Under the pieces are notes generated by a model. The model was not told the DNA's origin. It searched no databases and saw only the letters and a program-made list of their open reading frames with translations. A stretch of 64,000 nt of DNA, from positions 12,910 to 76,909 of the forward strand of contig JBDKSP010000095.1 in NCBI GenBank assembly GCA_039680575.1, written 5' to 3'. Of the stretch, positions 26,558-37,821 are shown piece by piece. This stretch comes from Armatimonadota bacterium (GTDB lineage: Bacteria > Armatimonadota > UBA5829 > DTLH01). The translations under genes and the position numbers were made by a program. Positions within the stretch are counted from its first letter, which is position 1. Each line of letters opens with the position of its first letter.

Positions 26558-27030
26558 TCATGCACACTGCCGACTTCTACGTCGACCTTATGTTTATTCT
26601 GTTTTCTTTCAACAAGAGCGAAGATAAACTCACCTTCAGCTACGACCTCATTGTCGACGCTGGAAACCGCTTTGACTCTTCCGATGGTCCCGCGAGTCTT
26701 GAGTAGTTCTACTTCGGTGATAAGAGTATCTCCAGGCAGAACCGGCTTTCGGAATCGCATATTATCCACACCACCTAAGTATGCGAGCTTGCCGGTATTT
26801 CCAGTAAGTGATAAAAGGAGGACTCCACCGACCTGCGCCATAGCCTCTATCACCAATACACCAGGCATAACAGCATGTCCAGGGAAATGTCCCTGGAAGA
26901 ACTCCTCATTAATGGTCACATTCTTTAAACCAACAATCTTCTTGGTGCCTTCGACCTTTAGAATCTTGTCAACTAAAAGAAACGGGTATCTGTGTGGCAG
27001 TATCCCTCTTATTTCCTCGATCTCAATCAA
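26554..27030 (-). CDS. fabZ: 3-hydroxyacyl-ACP dehydratase
   Basis: LPHRYPFLLVD, FFQGHFP, MPGVLVIEAMAQ, FRKPVLPGD. Confidence 0.96.
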   Translation of the reverse strand: MIEIEEIRGILPHRYPFLLVDKILKVEGTKKIVGLKNVTINEEFFQGHFPGHAVMPGVLVIEAMAQVGGVLLLSLTGNTGKLAYLGGVDNMRFRKPVLPGDTLITEVELLKTRGTIGRVKAVSSVDNEVVAEGEFIFALVERKQNKHKVDVEVGSVHE

Positions 27031-27050
27031 CGCTCTCGCCCCCTGTTTTT

Positions 27051-27170
27051 TAGCTGACGGCTATCAGCCGTCAGCCGTCAGCCGTCAGAAACTGATAACT
27101 ATTTTATGCTTCGGGACCGCAGTTCGTCCCGAAGCAGGATTCTCCATCTATCTCTTCTGTTCCCTGTCTA
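27051..27170. repeat. Mosaic repeat copy: module A plus (TCAGCCG)n, perfect REP-like palindrome 27107-27136, module C
   Basis: TGCTTCGGGAC-cgcagttc-GTCCCGAAGCA 11-bp stem; atctcttctgttc at 27150 is identical to 4411. Confidence 0.75.
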
Positions 27171-27173
27171 TCT

Positions 27174-28037
27174 CTACGCCGCCTGTTTGCTCTCTCCGCC
27201 GGCAAAGTGCCTCATCAGTTCTTGAGCAAACACGACGTTTAAAGCATGCCCAGACTTCACTGCTAAAATCTCCGCATTCATTCGTCCGCCGACCAGTGCC
27301 AGATCACCGATTATGTCCAGTACCTTGTGTCTGGATAACTCATCCTTGAACCGTAAATCCGATGAATATTTGTCCTGCCATATCACAATCGCATTATCTA
27401 TGCTCCCGCCGCGAGCAAGATGCTGTGATAAGAGAGCTGCTATCTCTTCATACATCACAAATGTCCGCGCCGGAGCTATTTCTTTTGTAAAACCATCCTC
27501 GCTTAGCTCAAAGGTGGTGGTCTGCAGCCCAATCATAGGATGCTCATACTTGAGAACATATGTAATCTTCATACGATCCGACGGTACCGCCAGAATAAAG
27601 CTGTCATTCCGCCTAGCATAGATGGGCTCTGTCAACTTGAAGATATTTCGCGGCTTCGCAAGAGTGATGATACCAGCGGTGAGGATTGCCTCGACATACG
27701 GCATTGAACTGCCATCCAGAGCAGGCATTTCGGGACCAAGGACTTCGACATAGCAGTTGTCGACACCAAGACCACTAAGCGCGGCCATAAGGTGTTCTAC
27801 TGTTCTATATTTCGTTCCATTATATCCGAGCGTTGTGCCTCTTGCTGTCTCGACAACGTTCGTTGCGAGTCCGGCAACCTGCTCTCCATTTCCGATAAAG
27901 ACAATACCGTTGTCCTCATCGGCCGGATGCAGAATTACCTCGCACCTGTCTCCGCTGTGCAGACCGGTGCCGCGTATATTCACTTGTACACCAATTGTCC
28001 GCTGTAGATTACTTTGATTGCGACTCAATCTCTTCAC
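27174..28037 (-). CDS. lpxC: UDP-3-O-acyl-N-acetylglucosamine deacetylase
   Basis: [42 protein letters not shown]. Confidence 0.96.
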   Translation of the reverse strand: MKRLSRNQSNLQRTIGVQVNIRGTGLHSGDRCEVILHPADEDNGIVFIGNGEQVAGLATNVVETARGTTLGYNGTKYRTVEHLMAALSGLGVDNCYVEVLGPEMPALDGSSMPYVEAILTAGIITLAKPRNIFKLTEPIYARRNDSFILAVPSDRMKITYVLKYEHPMIGLQTTTFELSEDGFTKEIAPARTFVMYEEIAALLSQHLARGGSIDNAIVIWQDKYSSDLRFKDELSRHKVLDIIGDLALVGGRMNAEILAVKSGHALNVVFAQELMRHFAGGESKQAA

Positions 28038-29079
28038 CGCCCAACTGAGCTAACCGTCGAGTCAACTGCTCGACTTCCTTTTTAAGCATTTCGACCGTCT
28101 TCTGCAATTCCGGCAGCCTTAGCTGTACTGCCTGCGCTCTTAAAGCTTCTTTATGAGGCCTTGCCGGATATCCCGAATACATACCGCCGCCAGACGGCAA
28201 GTCACCAAAAATAGCGGATTGTGCAGCGACTACAACACCATCACCTATCTTAATGTGGTTCTTTACACCAGCCTGTCCAGCAATTGTGACTCCACTGCCT
28301 ATCTCAGCACTCCCGGCTATTCCGACCTGGGCGACAATGACAGAGGACTCGCCGATTTTGACATTATGCGCAATCTGCACAAGGTTGTCTATCTTGGAGC
28401 CTCTTCCTATTCTTGTCGATCCGGTCTTTGCGCGGTCTACAGTGGTACATGACCCGATCTCTACATCATCCTCGATGACTACATTACCGATCTGCGGAAC
28501 CTTGCTCAATCTACCATCCACCGGGATATAACCGAAGCCATCACTTCCTATCACGGTGCCTGAATGCACGGTAACATTCGATCCCAGCTCACAACCGAAA
28601 TATATAGTAACATTCGGATGTATTACACAGCCGGCTCCGATACGAACGCCATCTCCCAGAAAAACAAGCGGATGGATTATGGTGCCGTCTCCTATCGACA
28701 CATCGTCGCCGATATAAGACCCGTATCCGACAGAAGCGCCTTTGCCTATAGCTATCCGCTCCCCTACCCTGCAGTTTGGGTCTATTCCGGCTCTAGGCGC
28801 GGACACTACAGGAGCGAAGACTTTTAGAATCTCGACGAACGCTTTCCGAGGATTATCGACATGGATGACAGATTTCCCCTCACATGCTCCGCTCTCAGCC
28901 AGAATAGCCGAGGCTTTGCACCGGGCTGCGGCATCAAAGTATCTTTGGTCCTCCGCGAGAACGATATCACCCTGTTCTGCATCTGATATGCTCGCAGCAC
29001 CGGTAATCGGTATATCATCAGGACCATCGACCGATCCGCCAACTATCTCTGCAAGCTCACGAACTCTAATGCCTGTCAT
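28009..29079 (-). CDS. lpxD: UDP-3-O-acyl-glucosamine N-acyltransferase
   Basis: [29 protein letters not shown]. Confidence 0.96.
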   Translation of the reverse strand: MTGIRVRELAEIVGGSVDGPDDIPITGAASISDAEQGDIVLAEDQRYFDAAARCKASAILAESGACEGKSVIHVDNPRKAFVEILKVFAPVVSAPRAGIDPNCRVGERIAIGKGASVGYGSYIGDDVSIGDGTIIHPLVFLGDGVRIGAGCVIHPNVTIYFGCELGSNVTVHSGTVIGSDGFGYIPVDGRLSKVPQIGNVVIEDDVEIGSCTTVDRAKTGSTRIGRGSKIDNLVQIAHNVKIGESSVIVAQVGIAGSAEIGSGVTIAGQAGVKNHIKIGDGVVVAAQSAIFGDLPSGGGMYSGYPARPHKEALRAQAVQLRLPELQKTVEMLKKEVEQLTRRLAQLGGEEIESQSK

Positions 29080-30199
29080 ACTTTTTCACCCGGCTCGAAA
29101 GATACGGAAGTCTCTCTCGAAACCAGTCTGTCCTATCCTCTACCTCTCCAGTGTTTTTGAACACTACATTCAGACCGTTCTGCCGTGCGATTCTCCGCAC
29201 AGCGGCTTCCAGCTCAGAACGGATCCTGATATGAAGCGATTTCTCCAAATCCAGCGAATCATTGCAGCCCGCATTTACAGAAGACTTCAACACGATTCCT
29301 GAAGAAACATATCTCCAGCCTGTATTATCACTATCAAATGCAGTGGTGCGCGAACTTGCCAAATGCTTCCCGCTTTCTCCAAAGCTGTTATTCACCAGGT
29401 CATATCTGAGCCGTTCGCTCTTTTTTCTAATTAAATCGTTTATCCTTCGTGTTTCCTCATTGCGGATAGATGCCAGTTCTCTTTCAATTGATTTCCGGCG
29501 TTTTTCCCCTGCTTGCAATGATTTCTCGGCCATCTTGGTAACAAGATCTTTTTCACTCTGAGTCAGCTTTGATTTTATATCGTTAAGCTCATTCTCTCTT
29601 GAAGCAATAGCCTGTTTTACTTCATCAAGAGAAAGACCGTCTACTACAAGCTGTGCTTTCAATGCGTACAGTTTTATCGCCGCATCCACTCGCTCGTATT
29701 GACGCTCCTCATTCAAGGCACGCAGGTCTACCGCAAGCTCCTTCTCGGATTCCCGCCTTGCTTCAGCCTCTGCTGCGCCTGCTTGAGCCTCAAGATCCTG
29801 CCGCCGCTCATTCAAACGCTTTTCAAGAGCGTCCTCCAGATGTGAACTTATCTGTTTCATCTCCTGCTGAGCTTTTTTTTCAATCTTCGTCTGAAGTGAT
29901 GTCCTAGATTCCGATACAACAGCCGGATCCCGTAACTCACTATCTATGCTTCGTGATACGGATGAGTTTTTCTGGAACCGGACATTCCTTTGAGTAAGCG
30001 ACATCATCTCCCGGACCTGAACCAGTTGATTCCAGGCGGGATGGCATGGTTCCAACTCATCCATATTACAGAAAACCTGCTTTTTGGCGGCTTCAGGCGC
30101 TCTCTGACTCTCAAAATAAACGCCTGAACCTACAATAGCCAGAGCGATAATACAAATGACACCCAGTGATCCATACAAAACCCGTAGATTCACGGGCAA
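29066..30199 (-). CDS. Elongated coiled-coil Skp/OmpH-like protein with N-terminal hydrophobic anchor
   Basis: TM segment, VFCNMDEL strand, ~250 aa of E/K/R/L-rich helix, C-terminal [16 protein letters not shown]...EDRT resembling the Skp C-terminus. Confidence 0.55.
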   Translation of the reverse strand: MPVNLRVLYGSLGVICIIALAIVGSGVYFESQRAPEAAKKQVFCNMDELEPCHPAWNQLVQVREMMSLTQRNVRFQKNSSVSRSIDSELRDPAVVSESRTSLQTKIEKKAQQEMKQISSHLEDALEKRLNERRQDLEAQAGAAEAEARRESEKELAVDLRALNEERQYERVDAAIKLYALKAQLVVDGLSLDEVKQAIASRENELNDIKSKLTQSEKDLVTKMAEKSLQAGEKRRKSIERELASIRNEETRRINDLIRKKSERLRYDLVNNSFGESGKHLASSRTTAFDSDNTGWRYVSSGIVLKSSVNAGCNDSLDLEKSLHIRIRSELEAAVRRIARQNGLNVVFKNTGEVEDRTDWFRERLPYLSSRVKKYDRH

Positions 30200-30228
30200 A
30201 CCTGCTCAATCTAATAAGTCTCAGGAGT

Positions 30229-30265
30229 CACCTGAAACTATCCCGGAAGATTTTCGGCAATAGCC
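30229..30265. repeat. Solo copy of the 37-bp IS/MITE-like end
   Basis: Reverse complement matches 2944-2980 at 34/37. Confidence 0.7.
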
Positions 30266-30307
30266 CAGCATGCGACTATTTTTATAGAACAGCCAAAAAT
30301 CTCTAAA

Positions 30308-30949
30308 CTAGTTCTTTTTGCCGTTCAGTTTATCAAGTACCTGCTGTGTCAGATCGACACCGCCATAGAAAACGGCAATTTTATCGACAACGAAGCTCAC
30401 TTTTTTCTGCTTCGCTACTTCTTCAACTGCCTTCATAAAGTCGTTGCGGATCTCCGTCAGCGTGCTTTCTTTCTTGGTGTTGAACTCTGTATCCGCGGAC
30501 TGACTCATCTGCTTAAGATTTTCATCCGATTTTGAAGCTCGATCCATCAGCTCTTTCTGCCGTGCCTTTTCCTGGTCTGTAGGCTCTTGCTTAGACTGGA
30601 GCCCCTTAAGCTCGGAATCGAGTGCCTTTTCCTTGTCCTGGAGTTCTTTTATCCGCGCTTTTTCGCTTTCGTTCGGATTAGGTTTGATTACGAGAGATAT
30701 AAGCTCTTTAGAATCGTTCTCATCAAGCAGCTTGTTCGCATCGAGGGTCCTTAGCTGCAGCTCAAGCTGCCGTCCGAAGGCATCGAGATCAGCCTTTGCT
30801 TTTTCCGTCTTGGTATACTTCTCGAATACCGTCGTAACATCCACATATCCGAAAGATACGGAAGCGTCCGCCGCTCTTGCAGGCGTAAAAGACAAAACAA
30901 ACACTGCCAATACAGCGATAACTACTAGTTCGAATGATCGTTTCACCAT
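30308..30949 (-). CDS. skp: Periplasmic chaperone Skp/OmpH
   Basis: Signal peptide, FGYVDVTTVF, AVEEVAKQKKVSFVVDK..VFYGGVDLTQQV; lies between bamA and lpxD. Confidence 0.88.
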   Translation of the reverse strand: MVKRSFELVVIAVLAVFVLSFTPARAADASVSFGYVDVTTVFEKYTKTEKAKADLDAFGRQLELQLRTLDANKLLDENDSKELISLVIKPNPNESEKARIKELQDKEKALDSELKGLQSKQEPTDQEKARQKELMDRASKSDENLKQMSQSADTEFNTKKESTLTEIRNDFMKAVEEVAKQKKVSFVVDKIAVFYGGVDLTQQVLDKLNGKKN

Positions 30950-31032
30950 TTCTGGTTGATTCCCCTTTTAAATAATCAATAACGGAGGACGACCGATGCC
31001 ATTAGCGCTCGATTACCGCCTCCGCCGCTTGC

Positions 31033-31062
31033 ATTATATCAAAAACGGCTGGGCTTGGACAA
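31033..31062 (-). promoter_or_regulatory. Sigma70 promoter for the skp-lpx segment
   Basis: TTGTCC - 18 nt - TATAAT with an extended TG. Confidence 0.6.
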
Positions 31063-31165
31063 GTGCCGGCCCGACTAGCCGCCGTCTCCGACTATAGATA
31101 GACGGGTCATCAAGACATTCATTGCCGGGTAAGATCAGGTTTGAGAATTTGGAATGTAGAATTTT

Positions 31166-31196
31166 AAAAACCCTGGATTTTATTGTCCAGGGTTTT
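31166..31196 (-). terminator. Intrinsic terminator after bamA (potentially bidirectional)
   Basis: aaaaccctgga / tccagggtttt inverted repeat with T runs on both strands. Confidence 0.7.
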
Positions 31197-31229
31197 CTGT
31201 ATGTCACAAGAGACCACTAACGCATAGAA

Positions 31230-33107
31230 TCAGAACGCTTGGCCTATGCTGAAATGGGTTCTAGCTCCATCGCTTCCTATTCCGTAATCCAGGCGGAGGT
31301 TACCGATAGGAGTATTTACGCGAAGACCTATCCCAGTCCCGATTTTCGGACTGAATCCTGAGTGCTGGTCGAGATCATCGGATATGCTGTATGTCCTTGG
31401 CGCGCCCCAGGCGTCGCCATAGTCTACGAATAAAACACCTGTCAGCCCCTGTGAAACTGGGCGGCGGTATTCCAGGCTCAAAATAGCCATCTTATCGCCC
31501 CAGAACCTGTCTTCCCTGTAACCTCTCAGGCTTTCAGCTCCTCCGACAAAGAATTGCTCAAAGAACGGAAGATCACCGTTAGATACACCGGCAAGCAGTC
31601 TCGCCGCGATGGTAGTCCGTTTGTCCGTCGGGGCTTCTTTTCGACCGCCCTTGCTCCAGTAATGCCTGATATCGATCTGCAGTTTCTGGAACATACCTTC
31701 GATCTCCGCATCATTCACAATCAGCCCGTTTTCATTTTCAGGTGGGACATTCAGGTCCTTAGCAGTATACTTTTCAACTACATCCGAATTGCCGGCTTCA
31801 AGCGACACGGACTTGTACCATCCGACTGCCGGATCATTGTCGAAATCTCTTGTGTTATTAACGACCCTGGCCGTCGCGCTGTGTACCGGCCCACTCTGTG
31901 CGACAAACTTGTTTATATCACTCGACGATAAACTGCTTATATCAAGAGTTGTAGTGTCTACTGTTTCCGTCCTCAATGTAATGTATCCTCTCGTGAAATC
32001 GTTGAAAGGACGGCTTACACCCAGAGTGGCTCCTTTTCGCCTTTCGTTATATGACTCATCAGTGTCATTATCGAAAAGCGCTGATGAGAACCTGTAAACC
32101 AGTTTATTGAAAGCATTTACGGAAAGAGATGTGTGGTGTTTGTCGATCCACGGCTCATGAAACCCGATCTCATAGCTGCTAGATCCGTCGAGCCCATTAT
32201 CTGTACCTGTCTCCCAAAGGAGTGTCAGACCCTGTCCGCGTCCACGGAAGTTTGTTTCCGTCATCTCAGCGCGCCCAACAAGCCTGCTCCGCGAACTGTA
32301 ACCTACACCAACCGCTACGTTCCCGGTCTTTTTCTCGGTCACCGGTATTGCGATGCCGATTTTACCTATCGAAGATCCTGGTTCAATTTTGGGAGCCTGG
32401 ATATCTTCCAGAATGTCCAGATTGTAGATTCGAGATATATCTGATCGAAGTTTCTTCATATTGAAGTAATCACCCGGTTTCTGGTTCATCTCGCGGGTGA
32501 ACACTTCTTCGCGTGTTTTCTTGTTTCCGACTATATCGATCTTCTCGATAGTACTTACAAGTATTGCAATCGTCAGCGTTCCGGTCTTTGGATCTATCCC
32601 ACTATCTTCTGTAACATGAGCGACATATCCAAGGTCGCGATAGTAGTTCTGGATAGCGGATATATCAATATCGACCGTATTCGTGTTCAGCACCTGGTTT
32701 GGCTTCGTCCTCATAAGGTCCAGTATTGTATCTTTACCGACAGGCTCCGAACCGACGATATTTATCTCCTTGACCAATGGATTTTCCACAACATCAAAGA
32801 TTACTCTCACTCCTTCAGGAGTGTCCTCTGTCCTGACCGGGACTGCACTGAAATAACCAAGCGCGGTTATGGCTTCACGGTCTTTCTCCACAGCCTCCTT
32901 CGTATAGAGCTCTCCCGGTGCCAGTTTGATAACATTTTCAACCGTTTCCCTGTTGATATTCCGGTTGCCGGTGATGACTACCTGAGTCACCTTTACACCT
33001 TCCTGCGCCAAGGCGGGAAGACTCAGAGACGGGATCAGTGTCATGGTCACTGCCAAAACCAGAACCAGGGACAGTCTCCGTCCGAACCGAGATTTATTGC
33101 ATAACAT
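31230..33107 (-). CDS. bamA: Omp85 family outer-membrane assembly factor with about 3 POTRA domains
   Basis: Signal peptide, POTRA motifs (ITGN, IVGN-KKTR), LRGY motif, TPIGNLRLDYG, terminal FSIGQAF. Confidence 0.93.
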   Translation of the reverse strand: MLCNKSRFGRRLSLVLVLAVTMTLIPSLSLPALAQEGVKVTQVVITGNRNINRETVENVIKLAPGELYTKEAVEKDREAITALGYFSAVPVRTEDTPEGVRVIFDVVENPLVKEINIVGSEPVGKDTILDLMRTKPNQVLNTNTVDIDISAIQNYYRDLGYVAHVTEDSGIDPKTGTLTIAILVSTIEKIDIVGNKKTREEVFTREMNQKPGDYFNMKKLRSDISRIYNLDILEDIQAPKIEPGSSIGKIGIAIPVTEKKTGNVAVGVGYSSRSRLVGRAEMTETNFRGRGQGLTLLWETGTDNGLDGSSSYEIGFHEPWIDKHHTSLSVNAFNKLVYRFSSALFDNDTDESYNERRKGATLGVSRPFNDFTRGYITLRTETVDTTTLDISSLSSSDINKFVAQSGPVHSATARVVNNTRDFDNDPAVGWYKSVSLEAGNSDVVEKYTAKDLNVPPENENGLIVNDAEIEGMFQKLQIDIRHYWSKGGRKEAPTDKRTTIAARLLAGVSNGDLPFFEQFFVGGAESLRGYREDRFWGDKMAILSLEYRRPVSQGLTGVLFVDYGDAWGAPRTYSISDDLDQHSGFSPKIGTGIGLRVNTPIGNLRLDYGIGSDGARTHFSIGQAF

Positions 33108-33248
33108 TGGTCAACGCACCTCCAGTGTATTGTCCATCATATCCTGAACTATAACAAAACGAAACCTATTTTTGCAGACGTTCTTGCAGTGTAGATATAG
33201 CCAATTGTTCAGTCATAAGTTCATAATCCAGTCTGCGCTCTTTGGCTT

Positions 33249-36200
33249 TCAGAACCTCCTGTTATACGATGTTTCCAGTATATTCACGCGGCGAGAGTCC
33301 GTGACATATGATAATTCCAGCCAATCACGGATCCTGTAGCTCAGACTCATCGAATAAGTCGCTCCGGTTATTGTCTGCGAGCCGGTCACTATCCTCCAGT
33401 ATGAAAGATAAAAATCGTCGAATAATCTCCTTGATAAAAATACGGCAAGTGGCTGCTCGAAACCGTATTCAATTGAGAAATCCTCAAGTCCAAGGGCTTC
33501 TATAAATGTTGATTCCAGCGGATCGAACAGGCGTGGAGATACCGCTACACTGAACAACTCTCTAAGCTGATCTCTTAACTCTGTCTCACCTGTTCCGAAA
33601 ATATCCTCAAAATGGCCGAGAGCTGCCAGCATCTGGGTTCTGGATAGTCCCGACGGCTCACTCTTGAGTGAGATATTTTCTGGTTCAAGATTGGCTAGCG
33701 GACCTGATACATCAAGGATAATCTTGTATCGCTGCTGCGTTCCCAGCGTCGAGGCCGTTGTAATATTTGTCTGAGCGTGCAGATCGACAGTCACCCCTGA
33801 TGCCTGCCTTCCAGGAGTCCAGTTGACATTGATATTTCCGCGTGTGATCCTCATTCTCGCTGTCGCAAGACGCAATGTCCCACTGTTAATACGTATTCCC
33901 GCCGTTATGAGCGGCTTCTCCAGCGAGCCCGCGATTCGTCCATCTCCACTCAAAAGCGCTATGATACTTGGGTTTCTGAACCAGACATTATCCTCCATGC
34001 TAAAGCCGATATCAAACTTCGGATTCATGGCATACCTGGTAATCCCTGTCGAGCTGACGGCTGGAACGCGGGAAAGAATAACCGATGCATCGCTTACCGT
34101 GACCAGTCCTGAGATCAAAGGCTCCGTAACTGCACCAGAGACCGCAAGACTGTTTACTGTTGAGAAAGTACCTGTCACACGCTCCTGATAACCCAGCAGG
34201 TTCTGCTCGATAAGTTTCAGATTGTTGAGGTTAAAAACCAGGTTCACGACCCCTCCCTGACTGCCGGGCGCGGGTCTGAACAGATTATGCAGCGATATTG
34301 TACCACCCGGAACAACATCGAATGTCCCGCCGCCGCTCGATCCGCCGGACAGACTCTCCACACGGACCAGGTCCTGATCGAAAACAAGATTTGCCTGTAT
34401 GTTTGTAAATTGCGTCTGGAAATCCTTGATGTTGATATTACCGTCCTTAACAGCCATCTGCCCGCTAAGGTCCGGGTTGCTTACTGAACCGGTGAGGTCC
34501 AGCGTCGCGGAAATGCGCCCGGGATATTTCGGATCAGCGGTGACAGCATCCGACAGGAGAGTAAGGACCTCCAGCGTCTGCTCCTCCAGTGCCGCATGGA
34601 ATGCGATTGGCTGGTCTGTTGGTATAGTGAATTTCTGCCAGTCCCAGGGAAGCGTTCCGTAGAATGCGGCAGATTGCTCGTCTCTCGTCACAAGTGCCCT
34701 GCTGATTTCAATAGAGTTGCGCCCGACAGTGATTTGGCTGGCGCGAAGCCTGTCGAATGCGATGCCGTAGATTACCGGATTCACGACCTCGGCTGATGCC
34801 ATGATAAGCGGCGTATCGATAGGCCCCTTCACGGTTGCGCGGACCGTAGCTGTGCCTCTTATGTGAGTCGGCCCGGTAGCGGGAGTAAGCGCATCCAGGT
34901 CCACGTTGTAAGCATCGACTTCGAGATCGGTCTGGCCATTGGCGATCAAAACCCCTCGCGCTGATACACTCAAAGCCTCCGCGGTAGCTTCGAATGACTC
35001 CAGCACGACTTCACCCTGTCGGGAAACCGCCGAAAGCTCGATCCGCGCATTTTTAATCTCCGAAATGTCAACATCCTGAGCTGTAAGGCTGAACTTTGCT
35101 TCTGGTTCATCTACCGGACCAGATATATTAAATGCGGCTGAAATAATCCCAGTATCCGGCCGCCTTAACCTCGCAAGAAGCGATCTCAGTCCCTCGCCTG
35201 CAGGCTGATCTATATATGGACTCTCAGACACAGCCGTGTAGATGACAGGATATGAGAAGTTTTTCAGTACACCACCCTCTACCTGAACCGATCTGGTTGC
35301 AGTATCGAATGCTGCACGCTCTACAGAAAGGACACCGCTCGCTGATTGCAGATTAATGTCCGCGACAACGAGCGCTTTTCCGCTCCATCCAACTTCTGCG
35401 GCGAACCTGTCGAACTTCACTGTATTAATCACAGGATTATTCGAAACGACAGTCGCTGCCACTGTGGGGTTGTCTGCTGTACCAGTTATATGTCCTTTTG
35501 CGTCTACCGTTCCTGAGAGAAGCGTATAAGGCTGCGTGTAACGGCTTAATTGAACAAGAGCGATATTGTTCGCTATAAAGTTAAAGGCAATATTACCTTT
35601 GGCGTCTATCATTCCATCCGCGCTGAATACCGCATTATCGCTTTGAGCCAGAAGATCGGTTAACCGAAGCTGCTTATCGGCATAAGAAAAAGCAGCGCGA
35701 GCCTGTGCGACAGGGTAGCCGGCAACAGAACCGTCTGTTAATTTCAATGTCCCCATTGCAGTTATATTCGGAGCCGTGCCTCGTATCGTTACACGGCCTG
35801 TAACATCGCCGGTAATAGCTGCATTAACCTGCAGGACAGAGAGTATTCGTTCTGCGGGAGCTTCTACAACCTCAATATCGAAGTTGATAGCCGGTGAAGG
35901 TGTGCCTATCCCGGTTATCCTACCGCGAAGTGCTATTTCAGCAGGCAAAACACGGACAACTGCATCTTCCAGGATAATTCCGGATGAATTTGCTATGAGG
36001 CGGCCTCTGGCATAATCGAATGCAAAACGCTGGAACTGGCCATTGAAGACCTCCGCGCTGCCGTTTACTACCGGCTTACTGAAAAGGCCTGTAACGCTGC
36101 CGTTGAAATTGACTATTCCTCTATAGCCTGTCAACCCGAGAGGTCTCTGCAGGATACTCAGATCAACCCCTACTGCAGATGCGCGTATATTCAGCCGTGT

Positions 36201-37811
36201 CGGAGTTATCTCTCCTGTTGCTCTTATGACCCCACTTGCAACTGAAGCTGCTATGCTCCGTACACTCACACGATTATCACTGATCGTTAGCCGTGCTATG
36301 GCATCGCTGTATACAATATTGTTCAGGGTTCCACGTGAAACTTGAACATTAGCATCTAGCACAGGACTCGATGATAGCCCGCTTACGGTAAACCGCCCAG
36401 TTGCGGCGCCTCTCAGCCCGGATTTACTTAACTGAGGTATCCGGCTTAGTTCCACACCAGAACCTGTGCCGGAAAGCGCCAATCTTGCAGCACCATTAAT
36501 GAGCGTAACCGAACCGAATGCCGTAATCCTCCCGTTCAGCGCTCTCGCGGATGCGCTTTGCACAAGTATTACTCTGTCCGCATATGCGGCTCTCAGGCTA
36601 ATGTCTGCTGCCCGGTAGCCGTTGAATCCCACTGATGGGATTCTGCCTCTTGCAGCTATGACGATGTGCTTGCTGGGACCGATTATATCAAGAGAAAGCG
36701 GGCCTTTTCCTGTAATCCTGACTCTGTTCAGGTTTGCTGGAGCTTCAAAAGCGGTGATAAGGCTTGAATAGTCGAAACTGCCGGATGTAATATGCAAATC
36801 GAACCTGGGGGCTGCAAAACCCGCCATCGTGCCGGTCATGCGCATCTGAGAACTCGTAATGGAGCCTGTAAGATTGAAGTCCAGCGTCTGATTGACCAGT
36901 CTTATCCTGCCATTGATGTTGTTGGCCGGTTTTCTTAGCCCTGAAACAACCGCCTGGGCGTTTCTGATATCCGCTGATCCCGCGTAACTCCAGATTCTTC
37001 TTCCTTTTACCAACCGTCCGGTCAAGCTCAACCTGACATCTCCGCGCCCGCTTCGGACTCTGACCGCTCCTTGCTTTATAAAATAGTCCATCCAGTAGGA
37101 AGCCGCTGCGTTATCGGCTGCTATATCTGCGGCTATTACTCCTGCAGTGTTGTCAATGGAGCCTGAAATGCTGACTGTGCTAAAGAGCTTTTTACCCGGT
37201 CCTTTAGCAGTGAGATTATATTCGTAGAAAGGAGCATTTGACGCGTCAAACGTACCGTTTATGTTAGCAGTTCGTGTGGCTATTGGCCTGGATCCTGGTG
37301 TACGCGACAGCCAGTCCCTGAATATGAGTGTGCCGTCCGAAATATCGACCACACCGATGAACGGGGGACGGCGAGGGCCTGGTTTTCTTTTAAAGAGATC
37401 GCTGATATTGAGGCGTCCGTTTCTGAAGCGCTCCAGCCGAATGGCCGGAGAGATGAGTCTGACAGAATCCACGCTCTGGATTGCCGGGACTCGTCCGAAC
37501 ACAATGTCTCTTAAGCGAAAGTTGATGATAACCCGCTTAGTTTCGAGAAGCGAGCCATTTTTGAAGGACTTGCCGTTAGCAATTCGCAGGTCGTGTACAG
37601 TAGCAGTGCCTTTTAATGGAGATACGTCCACTTTGCCGACTTCGACCGCACGGTTCGTCTGCTTTTCGATCTGTTCGACTAGTATGACATCTAAATGCTG
37701 AACAGTATGCCTGACCTGGTTTATTATGTAGAATACAGTGGCGGAGAGAAGCACCGTGATCGGGATCACGATAAGTAAAAAGATTGTCAGCCTTCTCCGT
37801 CTTGCATTCAT
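33249..37811 (-). CDS. tamB: Translocation/assembly module TamB (AsmA-like)
   Basis: 1520 aa, N-terminal TM, beta-taco repeats (G.L.G....P...G), DUF490-like end (LKSEPSGLS...YNRRF); adjacent to bamA. Confidence 0.85.
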   Translation of the reverse strand: MNARRRRLTIFLLIVIPITVLLSATVFYIINQVRHTVQHLDVILVEQIEKQTNRAVEVGKVDVSPLKGTATVHDLRIANGKSFKNGSLLETKRVIINFRLRDIVFGRVPAIQSVDSVRLISPAIRLERFRNGRLNISDLFKRKPGPRRPPFIGVVDISDGTLIFRDWLSRTPGSRPIATRTANINGTFDASNAPFYEYNLTAKGPGKKLFSTVSISGSIDNTAGVIAADIAADNAAASYWMDYFIKQGAVRVRSGRGDVRLSLTGRLVKGRRIWSYAGSADIRNAQAVVSGLRKPANNINGRIRLVNQTLDFNLTGSITSSQMRMTGTMAGFAAPRFDLHITSGSFDYSSLITAFEAPANLNRVRITGKGPLSLDIIGPSKHIVIAARGRIPSVGFNGYRAADISLRAAYADRVILVQSASARALNGRITAFGSVTLINGAARLALSGTGSGVELSRIPQLSKSGLRGAATGRFTVSGLSSSPVLDANVQVSRGTLNNIVYSDAIARLTISDNRVSVRSIAASVASGVIRATGEITPTRLNIRASAVGVDLSILQRPLGLTGYRGIVNFNGSVTGLFSKPVVNGSAEVFNGQFQRFAFDYARGRLIANSSGIILEDAVVRVLPAEIALRGRITGIGTPSPAINFDIEVVEAPAERILSVLQVNAAITGDVTGRVTIRGTAPNITAMGTLKLTDGSVAGYPVAQARAAFSYADKQLRLTDLLAQSDNAVFSADGMIDAKGNIAFNFIANNIALVQLSRYTQPYTLLSGTVDAKGHITGTADNPTVAATVVSNNPVINTVKFDRFAAEVGWSGKALVVADINLQSASGVLSVERAAFDTATRSVQVEGGVLKNFSYPVIYTAVSESPYIDQPAGEGLRSLLARLRRPDTGIISAAFNISGPVDEPEAKFSLTAQDVDISEIKNARIELSAVSRQGEVVLESFEATAEALSVSARGVLIANGQTDLEVDAYNVDLDALTPATGPTHIRGTATVRATVKGPIDTPLIMASAEVVNPVIYGIAFDRLRASQITVGRNSIEISRALVTRDEQSAAFYGTLPWDWQKFTIPTDQPIAFHAALEEQTLEVLTLLSDAVTADPKYPGRISATLDLTGSVSNPDLSGQMAVKDGNINIKDFQTQFTNIQANLVFDQDLVRVESLSGGSSGGGTFDVVPGGTISLHNLFRPAPGSQGGVVNLVFNLNNLKLIEQNLLGYQERVTGTFSTVNSLAVSGAVTEPLISGLVTVSDASVILSRVPAVSSTGITRYAMNPKFDIGFSMEDNVWFRNPSIIALLSGDGRIAGSLEKPLITAGIRINSGTLRLATARMRITRGNINVNWTPGRQASGVTVDLHAQTNITTASTLGTQQRYKIILDVSGPLANLEPENISLKSEPSGLSRTQMLAALGHFEDIFGTGETELRDQLRELFSVAVSPRLFDPLESTFIEALGLEDFSIEYGFEQPLAVFLSRRLFDDFYLSYWRIVTGSQTITGATYSMSLSYRIRDWLELSYVTDSRRVNILETSYNRRF

Positions 37812-37821
37812 TGCAGGTCTA

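Noticed and set aside
26513..27349. 278-aa plus-strand ORF
   Set aside because: Antisense to fabZ/lpxC and runs through repeat DNA.
31143..31165. agaattt-ggaatgt-agaattt heptamer relic
   Set aside because: Too short and degenerate to call on its own.
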